Shown here in pieces: positions 1 through 13,100 of a stretch of DNA of 64,000 nucleotides (within the stretch, counting starts at the first letter, position 1; each line of letters opens with the position of its first letter). The stretch is from Octopus bimaculoides. Its lineage: Eukaryota. The stretch lies in the NCBI RefSeq assembly GCF_001194135.2, contig NC_069004.1:14103818-14167817 (forward strand), given 5' to 3'. The position numbers and the translations under genes are program-made. Under the pieces are notes generated by a model that was not told the DNA's origin, made no database searches, and was given only the letters and a program-made list of their open reading frames with translations.

Positions 1-961
1 TTCCCTATCTTGTGAAGATCAGCATGTAGTCTTGCAAGCTATCATCAACATGATAATGTTCTCGTACAGCCTTAGTAAGGTTTTCCCTGCCACACTCCAC
101 CAGCTGAGTGAACTGAATTAATGACATTTAGGTACCTTCACTATGAATATGCTGTATAACGGCAGAACACAATCTGAGGGTTACTCAGTAGGAACGGTCG
201 GCAGTCTGACACCCTACCGATTCAGTAAGTCACATCTGTCTCAAATTCTAAAAAAATGTTCTAATATAATTATTTTTATTGTGAAATTCAAAAGAAGCTA
301 AAAACTATTGATGCTGGTTAACCAATTTGTTATTATAGAACAACCTTTTACATTATTGACGATTAAAATATGTATACACAATTAGAATGCTTAAATGTGT
401 TGATGGCAGTGAAATAAATTAACTTCTGTAATGAGGCAGGCAAAAAAAAAAAAGTATCAGAATAAAAGCTATTAGTAAAAACAAAAAAACTCCAACAAAA
501 CCAAATAACAAAATGTCATAATTGATGCAGTTCACAAGAGAATGAAAAGATAGTGATTAGAAAGAAAACATTATCAACATATTAAGTTGATAGTTAGAAT
601 TGCATTAATTAATAACTAATGACTACCCCTCCTCCTTTCCACCTAAATACAAATTGTAATTTCTGAATTATCTTATACCATATAATTTTCTGATTAATAA
701 TCTACAAAAAAAGACGTAGCCATCAGAAGTTACCTACAAAACAAATTAGCAAAGAATTTGTATTAAATTATTCAGACATTGTCATGGCAATAGAAACGGC
801 AAACGTTCGCTGACAATCGTTTCTCATATGTTGAGAGTAGGTAAAAAAAAATTAAAAAAACCTAATTAAACATAAATTACATGAAATATAAGCATGTGGC
901 ACGCATATACTACACTATATACATATTGTCAGTAAATCATAAATCCGAATGAGAATCATAG

Positions 962-1011
<50 letters not shown>

Positions 1012-2398
1012 TTTAAGAGCCAGCTCTTTTGGTCAAACCATAGCTGTTCCCTTAGGTGGGAACAACCAAAGCAACTATGGCAATAATAATCAAAATGCTC
1101 CAGACCCTGTATGATCAAAGGAAGATCCATAATGATGGTAATTACTTCAAACATTACTCAGAATTACTAATTAACTAAATTAAATTAATATTATATTCCT
1201 TTGTTTGATTGGTTCAATATTTCAAATTTCCAATCAATGCCTTTTGACTGAACAAACCATTACTGTTCCCCTCTCGATGTTCATCGATCCATATCTAATA
1301 TTGCAACACAACATAATTAACTCCCTTACTCTGATGACGCTAAAAGCTCAGTCACTCATTCCTTTTAAACTTACAAACGATTAACATAATCATCCTTTCT
1401 CCCTGCTTGCTATTGAGTTGTTTGAAAGTACAGGTGACTTTATAGAACATTCTCAGTAAAAAAGCTTTTTACCTCCAGTCATGTATTTAACCAGCTGTCA
1501 CACATTAATAATAAAAAGCTGTATCCCATCTATAATAATGTCTCCAATGTTAAACCATGACTATCATCATAGCAATGCCGAACTTCCCATTGTTTTTTTT
1601 TTTTTGTTTTTTTTGAGGGGTTTTTTTCTCCTTTTATTTCTAGTTTCCTTATTTTTCTATGCTGCATCATTTTGGTAAAATAACAACATTTCTGAAAGTA
1701 TTTAATGCGGTGGATGAACAGATGAACAAGCTGTTGGAGAATTCTCTACTTTCACTGTTAGCAGTTACAAATGATTGATCAAGTATGTTTGAAAGCACAT
1801 TTTCCAATGATTGTTTGAAATTATTCACCAAATCAAATCAAAATCATTGTTTAGATCCTTATATTTAGAAAAATCATAAAGGCTTGACTACCACCAGAGT
1901 CCCATAATAGAACAACCTTCCATCAATACAATAGTTATTTTTCTGTTTTTCTTTTTACCTTGTTAATTTAGAACGACTAATGGAAAATATACATCTTTAT
2001 ACTGATTGTGTACAATGATGTATATAAATAGGATTGTGTAGAAAATGTTCAAGTCAGTAACAATAATTAATCAACTTTATTTTATTTTTCCTTATATAAA
2101 ACATCATCATCATCATTGTTATCATCACATTTTTATGCTTGCTTTTTTTTTTTATTTTGACATGGATTAGATGAGTATTATTGTATTGATGCAGTTTTCT
2201 ATGGCTGATGCCCTTCCTATTTGCCAAACTTTACTTGTATTTTCTAATAAGATACTTTTAATCCATTACTGTTCACTTGTCAAAACATGAAATATGCTGA
2301 ACTATGGAATGCTCAGCTTACAGGAGATTTAAAAAACAAGTGTGATTAGATGAAAACATGAAGAAACCAGCTCACCTCCTCCCATGTATGTGTATATA

Positions 2399-2990
2399 TT
2401 GAGTCATCCCATAAATGATGTGGTTCTTTTATACTTTTATTTTTCAAAATTAAGATAAACAAAGATCTTTTTTAATCTAAAATATACTCTCCTTCATTTT
2501 CTACAATGCTCTTCTATATATCTGGTAGACTTGCAAGGCCTCTCTTCAAAATTCTCTAGCCCATGACGAAAAATACTGCTCCAGTACTGTTCTGACTTTG
2601 TCTACAGAATTCATATTTTTTCCATCCAAATGATTTTGAAGACTGCAGAATAAATGATAATCATATAGGACAATGTCCGGTGAATATGGTGGGTGGGGCA
2701 TCGTTTCCTATTCAAACTGCTCCAGCCTTCGGAATGTCATCCTCACTGTATGTGGCTGAGCATTATCCTAATGGAAGAACACCTTTTGTCTTAAAACCAA
2801 AGATGGCTGTTTTTCTTCTAGTGCTAACTTAAGCCACTCAAGCTGCTCACAATAGAATCTAGTTTTGTATTGTTTGGTTTGGGTTTAAACTTTCAAAGTG
2901 GACTAAACCTTTCATATCCCACCAAACAGATAACACCTTACATGGGTGAAGACCTTCTTTAGCTTGGGGTGCTGGTGTTTCTCCTTTCCC
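2399..2990 (-). mobile_element. Tc1/mariner transposase pseudogene (3' part) with likely TIR
   Basis: Minus-strand translation with stops and frameshifts: WDMKGLVHFE...VFFH*DNAQPHT...ETMPHPPYSPDIVLYDYHLFCSLQNHLDGK...EGEYILD*, i.e. the HDNARPH and HPPYSPDL motifs of mariner DD34D transposases. TIR-like ttgagtcatcccataaatgatg next to TA at about 2399. Confidence 0.88.
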
Positions 2991-3839
2991 TGTACACTAT
3001 CTTCAGTGCTTGACATTTTCATAGAGAACCCATAAGAACCAGGCTTAAAAATGAAATAAGTCTTGGGGTTGATTTATTTGACTGAAACCCTTCAAAGTGG
3101 TGCCCCAGCATGGTCATAGTTCAATGACTGAAACAAGGAGAAATAAAGGATAAAATATTTCCATATAAGACACTTACAGATTCTGTGGAAGAATGAATGC
3201 GTGTAAGTTTAGACAAACTAGAGACGTTTCCCTTCCTGACTCAACACACAAAACTAATCATACAACAGTGAATGAAAGAAGAGAGATTTAAAATCAAGAT
3301 ACTTTAAATAATCACTAGTATTCTCCAGGCTGTACCAAATGTTCTTCAAAACTAAACCATTCCACTGCTAAGCTAACCAAATACTGAATCATACAAAAGT
3401 AAAATAGAAAAGCACATGGCTTAAGTAAATGCTAAAACACCAAATTTAATATTGATAGAAATGCTGTCAAAAGCAGAAGCCCTGCTTATGTATGGAATGC
3501 ATGTGGAAAATTACAAAAAAAAAAAAAAGAAAATTATATATATATATTCAAAACTTGTTAAATCTTTTACCTGCTTTAATAGATTTAATTCTGGTAAGAA
3601 ATGTCAACAAATCTGGTAAGAAAAGTTTGATTGATACTGATATAATGATGAATGGCAAATAGCTACGGCTTAATGTATTTGATCTCTTGTTCATAATCAG
3701 TGAATTATTTCGATTTAGTTATGGAGAGTAGATCATTCAGGACTTAATGAAACTGAAGTGTCTTCCCTCTCTTTCTCCGAAGATATAAAGTATTAAACTT
3801 TTCTGCAAGATCTGCGCATGTATGTACTTAGACACATGC

Positions 3840-3906
3840 TCACACAGACACACACACAAACATTCACATATGCATATCTACACACACACACATATATGTA
3901 TGTATG

Positions 3907-3992
<86 letters not shown>

Positions 3993-4122
3993 CATATACA
4001 CACACATATACATATAGATGTATATATACATTTATACAAATTCACACACATATGTATACATGCATACACACATACAGATATATACATACATGCATGCACA
4101 CACACACACACACACACACACA
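3840..4122. repeat. Compound (CA)n/(TA)n/(CA)n microsatellite, representative of dozens in the window
   Basis: About 80 bp of pure TA flanked by CA/TACA runs. Other long tracts: (AAT)n 5290-5358, (GA)n 10130-10190, (GA)/(GACA) 19430-19545, (GT)n 19690-19728, (AAT)n 47389-47431, (TA)n 54549-54601. Confidence 0.97.
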
Positions 4123-4804
4123 GAGGCGATAAATCTCAATGAATTTATAGCTATCAAAAAAAGTATATATACTAGTGCTTCCCAAAGTGGGCAGTACTTC
4201 CCTAGTGAAGCGGTGGATCATTTTGTACGTGCACTGGTGTCAAAAGAAGAAGGATGGTACTAAACATATTTGTACAAACTTGAAAATAAATAAAAAAAAA
4301 GAAAAAGAAAAGAAAACATGAAAATATTCACGATAATTATATGTCTAGAATATCAATCAGACTTGAAACTAAATAAAACCAAAGTGATTAAAAATTTAGG
4401 ATCAAAAAAGATATTCTTTTCCAGACTTAAAATATTCTTTTCAGATAAAAAGACTCAATATGATCAGTGAGTAGAACATCCTAAGAATCGTATACTAAAC
4501 TAACAATGAAAATTACATCCAACTCAAGTGAATAATTCTGATAATATCTAGAGCAAACTCTTAGTCCTTCTGCAGACAGTCTCTTTGGTGTTGGTGGCAG
4601 AATGAAAGGCAGCCAGTAAACAGTGTAAAATAATTGATGACAAGAAGAGTATCCAACAGTAAAAACCCATGCTTCCCTACACTAAATCTAGCATAGTAAA
4701 TGTATATATACATTGTGTATCATACTAAATGTATATACAACATTGAAAGGCATAATGCTGTGATTTTAGCCAGAGAGAAATCTTTTTGTACAATTGTGTT
4801 AAAA

Positions 4805-4856
<52 letters not shown>

Positions 4857-5288
4857 TCTTAATAAGGAAAATATAGTCACAGCAGTGATTCATGAGAAAA
4901 ACAAACATGTTTCTTCCTACTTGGGGCTTGTCAATGCCAAGAAGTTCATGTCAATATTCACACACACACACTATTATATATAAGCAATAAAAACTGAACA
5001 AAGCTATATTATTACTAATATATAAGGCTGATGAAATTACACAGAGATGTCTTAGAAAAAAAAAATAAAGAAAATTGTTTATACAGTTATTTGTAATTCT
5101 ATCAGAATGTTTTGTAGCTAAATGAAGATCATAGAAATTATGATGTCAGTGCTACAAGACAAATGCTATCTATGTATGCAGTATACATTAAACCAGCGCT
5201 TTTGGGACCTTGGTGGTACCAGATTATCATATATGTCAGTGTATGAAACCAAATCTTAAAGAAAAGAAGCAAACAACTAAAGAACACC

Positions 5289-5358
<70 letters not shown>

Positions 5359-5817
5359 GAATAGTGGTTCCAAATTTTGGCATAAGACCAGCAATTTTGG
5401 GGGAGGAATAGGTCAGTTACATCAATACCAGTGCTCAACCAGTTCTTATTTTATCAACCCTGAAGGATGAAAGGCGAAGTCAATCTCAGTGGAATTTGAA
5501 CTCGGAACATAATAACAGATGAAATGCTGTTAAGCATTTTGCCAGGTGTGCAAACAATTCGGCCAGTTCACTGCCCTAATAATATCAATAATATTAATAA
5601 TAATATTTTCTACTATAGGCACAAGGCTTGAAATTTTGGGGGAGGAGACTAATCGATTACAGCAACCCCAGTGTTTCACTGATACTTAATTTATCGACCC
5701 CGAAAGGATGAAAGGCAAAGTTGACATCAGCAGAATTTTAACTCAGAACATGGAGACAGACGAAATACTGTGAAGCATTTTGCCCAGCGTGCTAATGATT
5801 CTGCCAGCTAAATGCCT

Positions 5818-6000
5818 CCAGAAAACTGGAAAATCCAGAAACTCAGGGCACTTCTGGTTCTTAACTTGCTGGATAATTGGTCCAATACTGTATTTTGTTT
5901 TTAGTTCCATCAATTTTCTATAAATACATCTGTCTTGAGTAATTCAAAGGGTTAAACTTTCTTATTTATAACAAAGATATTCCAGATAAATATTTCAGCT
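5818..6000. repeat. Unclassified dispersed repeat; copies at about 15578-15750 and 17938-18000
   Basis: ccagaaaactggaaaatccagaaa...cacttctggttctta...ttagttccatcaattttc...gagtaattcaaagggttaaactttcttatt is nearly co-linear between 5818 and 15578. Confidence 0.75.
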
Positions 6001-6519
6001 TTTTAATAATAATCCTTTCTACATGCTTTGTTTTTCTAATACTTTTCCCAAATTGGTAATTTTTATTTACATTGAAAGTCATTTTCATCAATAAATGGAC
6101 AATACTACTGGATATCTCATCACCACTAACTTATCTCCTTCGAAGATACTGGTTCATTCTTGCTCTCCCCTAAATGTGAGTAGCCATGTAGCTGCTCCTC
6201 TACAACATGAACCAGCTCTTACCCAATGCTATCTCTCATACCTTAAAACCACCACCTCACATAGAAATGCTCCTGCCATCTCCTTGAATTTTGTAGACCT
6301 GAAAGCTGCATGGCAACCTCACTAGTACCAGTGGCATGGAAAAACAAAACACTCAGTACACACTGTAAAGTGGTTGGCATAAGGAAGGAAGGACATCCAG
6401 CTGTAGAAACCATGCCAAAAGACACATTAGAGCACAAGGCAGTTTTTGGACCCACTGGATTCTGTCAAACTGTTCAACCTATTCCAGCAGGAAACATGGA
6501 CATGAAATGGTGATAGGGG

Positions 6520-6855
6520 TCAGTCATTTGACTGTGGCCATGCTGGAGCACCGCCTTTAGTCCAACAAATCGACCCCAGGATTTATTCTTTGTAAGCCTA
6601 GTACTTATTCTATTGGGCTCTTTTGCCGAACCGCTAAGTTACAGGGACGTAAACACACCAACATCAGTTGTCAAGCAATGGTAGGGAGACAGACATATAC
6701 ATATATATACGATGGACTTCTTTCACTTTCCGTCTACCAAATCCTGAAGCTATAGTAGAAGACACTCGCCCAAGGTGCTACGCAGTGGGATTGAACCCAG
6801 AACCATGTGGTTGGTAAGCAAGCTACTTACCACAACAGCCACTTCTGTGCCTATA
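6520..6855 (-). mobile_element. SINE family A (tRNA-like head, internal TA/TG microsatellite, cagtcaaatgactgaaacaagta tail)
   Basis: Reverse complement of the consensus gtggctgtgtggtaagtagcttgcttaccaaccacatgg...ggtgctccagcatggccacagtcaaatgactg. Further copies or halves at about 13885-14470(-), 14735-15560(-), 22740-22890(-), 26828-26975(-), 28905-29275(-), 31970-32365(-) and 57280-57425(-). Confidence 0.85.
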
Positions 6856-9194
6856 TGTATATGCACACACATACATACATAGGAGATAAAGGCAGATACA
6901 AAATACTTCAGTGCTGGACACCATCTTTTTCAACATAGATATAAACAATGATGGAATGACCCTAATTACCTGATGGTAATTAGGGAAAAAAAACTCATGC
7001 TTTACAAAAAAAAAAAAAATTCTCAGTAAATTGCATTTATTGGACAATCAGATACTGGATTAATAGATCATTTCCATATTGGTTTCAAATTTTGGCATAA
7101 GGCCAGCAATTTCAGGGAAGGGGATAAGTTGATTACATTGACCTCAGTGTTCAACTGGTACTTATTTTACCAACTCCAGAAAGATGAAGGGTAAAATGAA
7201 CCTCAGCAGAATTTGAACTCAGAAATTAAGACAGACGAAATGCCACTAAGCATTCTGTCCAGCATGCTAATGATTCTGTTAATTTGCCACCTTAACCATT
7301 ATTGTAGCATTAAACATACAGCTACTGTCGTGTTTGTATAGTTGTATTAAATTGGTGCGGAAGCCTTTATGTGGACCCCTAACTTTTCTAGAAATAGAAG
7401 CCAAATCTCTCTCTCTCTCTCATATGCAATCATCTTACAAATTGAAGGACACACTGGATAATGTAATCCTAGATATACTGTGACTGATAAAAAGAAGGGA
7501 TAGTCAAGAGGGAAATGTTTTGACCACAAGTTTGCTTGATTTCTAAGCAGACATTGAGCTAAGCGACATCAACAAACCAAGTCACAACTACTAAATTTAT
7601 TCAGTTGTAATTGTAAACCACTAATGATGATGATGATGATGACAATGATGATGGTGATGATAAAGGAAACAAAGAGAGAAGTTTAAATACATTTTCAACG
7701 GACCACTTGATGAGCAAGTCATACAACAATTGCTAGCTTATGGCCAAACTAACAATGGAGATCGTTGCAATCCTCAATGAAACGGGATGACGGTAATCAA
7801 TAGGGAATAGGTGAACAATCTTACTGTTAGCCAATCAATAGGTAATATAGGAAAAAGTGTGAGGTGTGAAGACAGGTAAGTTCACAACTTACAAACAATA
7901 CTGTTATGAAACTGATCAATAGTTTGATAAAACTAACAATTCATTATTATTATCTTTATTAAGGCAGTGAGCTGGCAAAATCGTTACTGTATCAGGCAAA
8001 ATGTCCACTGAAGTCCAGTTTGCCTTTCAACATTTCAGGGTTAGTAAAGTAAGGATCAGTTGAACACTGGGGTCGTTGTAATTGTCTTAGCTCTTCTTCT
8101 GAAATTGCGGGTCTTGTGCCAAAATTTGAAACCCTGGCAGAATTTCTACTGTACCAGGCAAAATATGCTTAGCATTTTGCCCATCTTTGCATTTTGTGTT
8201 CAAATCTCGCTGAGGTCAATTTGCCTTTCATCCTTTCAGGGTTGATGCTAAGCATACCAGTTGAGCAATGCAGTCGATGTGACTATCTCCCCACCAAAAA
8301 TTTCAGGTCTTGTGCTTATCATAGAAAGGATTATTATTATCATTATTATTAGTAGTATTAAGATGTAAGGCAGCGAGCTGGCACAATTGCTAGCACACTG
8401 AACAAAATGCTTAGTCTTATTTCATTTACCTTTATGGTCTGAGTTCAAATTCCGCCAAGACTGACTTTGCTGTCCATCCTTTCAGGCTCAATGAAATAAG
8501 TATCAGTTAAGTAATGGGGGGTCTATGTAATTGACTAGTTCCCTCCCCAAGATTTCAAGCCTATTAGCAGAACCATTAGCATGTTGGACATTTCTTAGTG
8601 ACATTTTTTCTGACTTTATGCTTAAGTTCAAATGCTGCTGGGACTGACACTGTCTTTCAACCTTTCAAGGTTGATAAAATAAGTACCAGTTGAGCATTGG
8701 GGTTGACGTAATTGACTAGTCCTCTCCCACAAAATCTCAGGCCTTATGCCAACAGTAGAAAGGATTATTGCCATAAGTATTTCTTTGATAATTTCATGTG
8801 AGTTTCTGAGTTGTATGCAGTATTGTTTTTTATTTTTGTGAGGAATGGAGGTGTGTAAACTCCTCCTGTTGGTGAACCGCATCAGACTGTTTTGTAGTGG
8901 GGTTTAGTTTCTTGTTATATTAGTATGCATTCAATGTAATCAACTTCCCCTTAAAATTTCTGACCTTGTGCCAAACTTTGAAGCAATTATTATTATATAA
9001 GGGCAGCAAGCTTGGTGGAATTTTTATCACGTGGCACAAAATATTTGGCAGAATTTCTTCTAGCTTTATGTTCAAATTCCATAGAGGTAGACTTTGCCTT
9101 TTATCCTTTCAGAATTGATAAAATAAGAACCAGTTGAGAATTGAGTCCAATGAAATCAACTAGCTCCCTGTCAAAAAAAAAACAACTTTGAAGC

Positions 9195-9298
9195 CTGCTT
9201 ACACACAAAGCTTTAATTAGCCTTGGGCTATAGAAGACACTCGCCTAAAATGCCATGCAGTGGGACCATGTGGTTGGGAAACAAACTTCGTAACACTT
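9195..9298 (-). mobile_element. Degenerate SINE family A head directly abutting the SERINC fragment
   Basis: Minus strand gtgttacgaagtttgtttcccaaccacatggtcccactgcatggc...gtcttctatagccc matches the family A head seen at 18975, 26440 and 47010. Confidence 0.8.
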
Positions 9299-9300
9299 AA

Positions 9301-9540
9301 CACATATAAAGCCAGAGCAAGCCAACAGGAGATAATTTTCACCCACATTGATGCAAAGTTGGAATTTAATGTTTTCAAATCTGAGCTTGGTCTAAACCAG
9401 TTGGTGAGAGTCATCATGACATAGAGAGAGGTTAGGCAGAACATGAAGTGAAAGAAAGAGTAGCTGTAAGCAACCTCTTCATCCTTGTTGTCCCAGACAT
9501 TCTGTCCACTTTTTCCAGTTTCACCATCTTCAGATTTAGT
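9301..9540 (-). pseudogene. SERINC: SERINC (TDE/TMS1 family) C-terminal coding fragment, probably retroposed, truncated and fused to a SINE
   Basis: ORF 9217..9636 contains SEDGETGKSGQNVWDNKDEEVAYSYSFFHFMFCLTSLYVMMTLTNWFRPSSDLKTLNSNFASMWVKIISCWLALALYV, the hallmark SERINC motifs (YSYSFFHF, SLYVMMTLTNW, WVKI.S.W). The expected WTLVAP C-terminus is replaced by SINE sequence. No convincing splice sites flank it and no other SERINC exons were found. Confidence 0.85.
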
Positions 9541-10129
9541 GTACCAAAGTACATGTATGTATTTGCATGTGTACACATGCGTATATTTAAATATTATTTG
9601 AGTCCTTCTTACAAGAAAGGAGCTGGCTTCTAACAAAGAAGCAATGCTCTATCACTGGAATTTGAATAACAAAAATACTAGAAAAGTTTTGCATATATTT
9701 ATTGTTTTGCTTACAGATTGTATTTGTAAAGTATATGTTAGATGGCCACTTTCCTTGTCTATAAACCCTAACTTTTTGAAACAGTCACTTAATATTTACA
9801 AACATAGCCAGCACTGTCTTGGTATTGTTATAAGCCTTGAGCAAATTATTGCACTGGGTCCCATTAGTAAATACATATATTTTGACAGCAAAACATAGAT
9901 TAGAAGTGAGCCCCTAAAGCGACTTCCCAATGTGCCCATGCCTGAAGATGGCACTGAACATAGTCAAGAGCATGAATAATAATTGATGTTAATGTGAATT
10001 TATGATCAGAGTAGAATAGCTACATGTTTTAAGATATATATATATATATATATATATATANNNNNNNNNNNNNNNNNNNNNNNNNNNNNNNNNNNNNNNN
10101 NNNNNNNNNNNNNNNNNNNNNNNNNNNNN

Positions 10130-10191
<62 letters not shown>

Positions 10192-13100
10192 TGTGTGTGT
10201 GTGTTAGTATTGACCTTCAATTGTTAATATAACTAAAAACTAAACAGAATATTGCTTTGAGATGAATAATTCTCAGACAAAGTCCCTAATACTAAATATA
10301 AAATTGAAAAAAAAAAAAGCTTTTATTTTAGAAATACTGCCCCAGTTTAATCCCTGAATATGTTACATATAAAAGAACAAAACAAAATAAAACAATAATA
10401 TCTCTGTCTAATAAAGATGTTTACTGTTATATAATATCAGACTGGTCAAAACCACCATCGACTGTCTGCCAGAAATAACTATAGTTGTGTTAACACTTTA
10501 AAGTTTAAGATATGATAGTGTCTGGCAGGGCTACAATTTTGCTTTAGATTTACATCTCAGCTTAGCAGTCAACTGCAGTATGACAGCCACCAATCAGCTA
10601 GTTGGAAGTTCAAGACCAGCACACTTAATAGATTGTAGCTGAGATAAATGTGATGCAGAACAAGTATTGATTTCTTATGCAAACACAAACACTTAGCAAT
10701 AGATTTCCTAAGAAATGAGGAGGGAAATATGCTGTGACATTCATGCCTCTGTCAGTGCTATTACTAATGGCATAACATTTCTTCCTCCTTTACATTGTGA
10801 GTTCAAGTGCTGTTGAGGTTGATTTTGCCTTTCACTTGTTCGGGGACAATAAAATAGGTACTGGAGTTGATGGGCTAGATCTTACCCTCATATAACTTCA
10901 GGCCTTGTGCCAATAGAAGAAAGATTTGTTAAGAGGTGTAAGCTCAATTGAATGTCTTACATTAAATGTAAAGAAATTAAGTTGCAGAATTGATTAACGC
11001 TAACTACTTCATGGAGTCTGCTTAAGAGGCATTCTTCAACATTATCATCATCATTTAGCATCTGTTTTCCATGATAGCATGGGTAAGACCATTTGACTGG
11101 AGCTGGTAATCTGAAGAGCTGCACTGGGTTCTGGTCTGTTTTGGCTTGGTTTCTATGGTTGTATGCCCTTTGTAATGCCAACCACTCCAAAGCATGTACC
11201 AGGTGTCTTTGATGTGTCACCAGCACAGGTGTCTTTTACCTGTCACCAGCATGAGTGCTTTTATGTGTCACTGGCATGGCTGACTTTTGCATGGCGCCAG
11301 CATGGGTGCCTTTTATGTGTCATGGTACAGGTGCCTTTCGCATGTCACTGGCACTAACCAGCTTGATGTATCTTCTCAAGCATAGCAACTCACCAAAAGT
11401 CTGAGTCACCTGTCATCACCATCATGAACACATCAGGATTGGTAGAGTGACAATCAAAATACTTTGTGGTATTTACATTCCTTTATATTTGATATCCCTA
11501 AATCAATCAATCAAGCATTAGGGTTCACTGACTTTTGTTCCCCTCCTCCATCAACTGTACTTACGTCTGTGTTGATCCTAGAGACCCATTACGCTGGAAT
11601 TTATAATTCCTCTGATGTTTAACTCTTTTGGTACCAACCTGCCTAAAGCCACCCAGGTGCTATGATACAAATTTCATGTTTTAAAGTGATTTAAATTAAA
11701 AACTTCCATCAAAATTTCATGCTAAGTTATGTTCTAAAGAAGCTTAATAAAAGCCAAGATATTTTACTAAATTCTTCATTATTTTATGAAAGTTTAACGA
11801 AAACAAAGTCAGTGTATTTCAATCGAAATATGGTAACAAAAGTCTTAAGTGACTGAGAGTACTATATTCACTAACCTGAGCAGGATGCTAATCCATGGTA
11901 AAGTTAACTCCTGCCCAGCTGTCACTGGTACTCAGTCTTCAACTGAGTGGACTGAAGTAATATGAAATGAAATGCCTTGCTCAAGGATGCAATGCACCAC
12001 AAATCTTGAAAATTGAACTCGTGACCTTACAGTTGTGGGTCCAGCATCCAATCCACTACGCTAGATGCCTTAGCATGTGCTTGACATGTAAGAACTCATT
12101 ATAATATAATTATTGTTATCTTACATGGATAAAAGTTCTCTCATTTTAAGAAGGGAATTGTTGATTATATTAACACCAGACCTTGGAAAGATGAAAAGCA
12201 AAGTTGATCCTGGATGGATTTGAACTCAAAACGTAAAGAGCCAGAACACATACCATAGAGCATATTGTCTGATGTTCAAATGATTCTGGAATCAGTTGCA
12301 GACCAGTAGTGTAAGTAGGATTCAATGTTATAATTAATAATTTGAAGTTCAAATCTTATTAAGAGTTTGAAAAGAAAAGAAGAAAAAAAGAAAAAGATGA
12401 AAAGCTGCTGTTTTTCTGTCCAAAGGGTTTTTAACCTAATGAATTATAAACTAATATTTATAGCCAACTTTGCTTCAAGATACATCATTAATAAAGACAC
12501 ATTTAGATATTTCTAGCTGCTTCTATATTTGCATTCTAATTACAATAAACATTTCTTTTAAAAAAAGACATTTTGATGGTGAGAAAGAAACAACATTTGT
12601 TGAGGAAGTGATAAAAACAAACTGAGAAATCAGAAAGAAGTCTGAGAATTAAATTAGACCAGTAGAACAGTTAGATATTATTTGGTGTGTAAGGTTGATT
12701 AAATAGTTTTCTTTGTTGTGTGAAGAAGCAAGCCTTACAGTAATGTTTCATTTGAGATTTTGAAAACTAAGTTGAATAACAGTAAATATTTATTCATTCA
12801 TTCATTTGGTTCTTTTTCTATCAAATTAGTTTGTTGATTTAGTAAGCTAAGAAAATCAGATTAACTGATGGAAGGATAATAAAAGTAATTATCAAATAAC
12901 GAGATGATAAGTAAAGCTTTGTTAATTTTAAACTAATTACAAAACTTTGAAAGCAACTGAGTTGCTGCCGAAGTAAGAAACAATGCCAGAAATGACAGGT
13001 GAAGGTGATAAAGGATTGAATTTTGTTGTCTCAAATTAAGGGTTGTTAAAATTAATGTTTCATCTTAAAGGTCAATAAAGAAATTCAATACCAGACCGCT

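Noticed and set aside
3793-4263. Overlapping 65-106-aa ORFs rich in IY/HT/CV repeats (also 43671-44172, 55533-55773, 59796-60019 and others)
   Set aside because: They are translations of (TA)n, (CA)n and trinucleotide microsatellites.
9217-9636. 139-aa ORF as a functional SERINC gene or exon
   Set aside because: Only the middle 80 codons are SERINC-like; the N-terminus is low-complexity DNA, the C-terminus is SINE, and no flanking splice sites or partner exons were found.
11565-11611. Minus-strand 47-nt AG...GTAAGT pseudo-exon
   Set aside because: Poor polypyrimidine tract, frame-shifting length, no tomosyn similarity.
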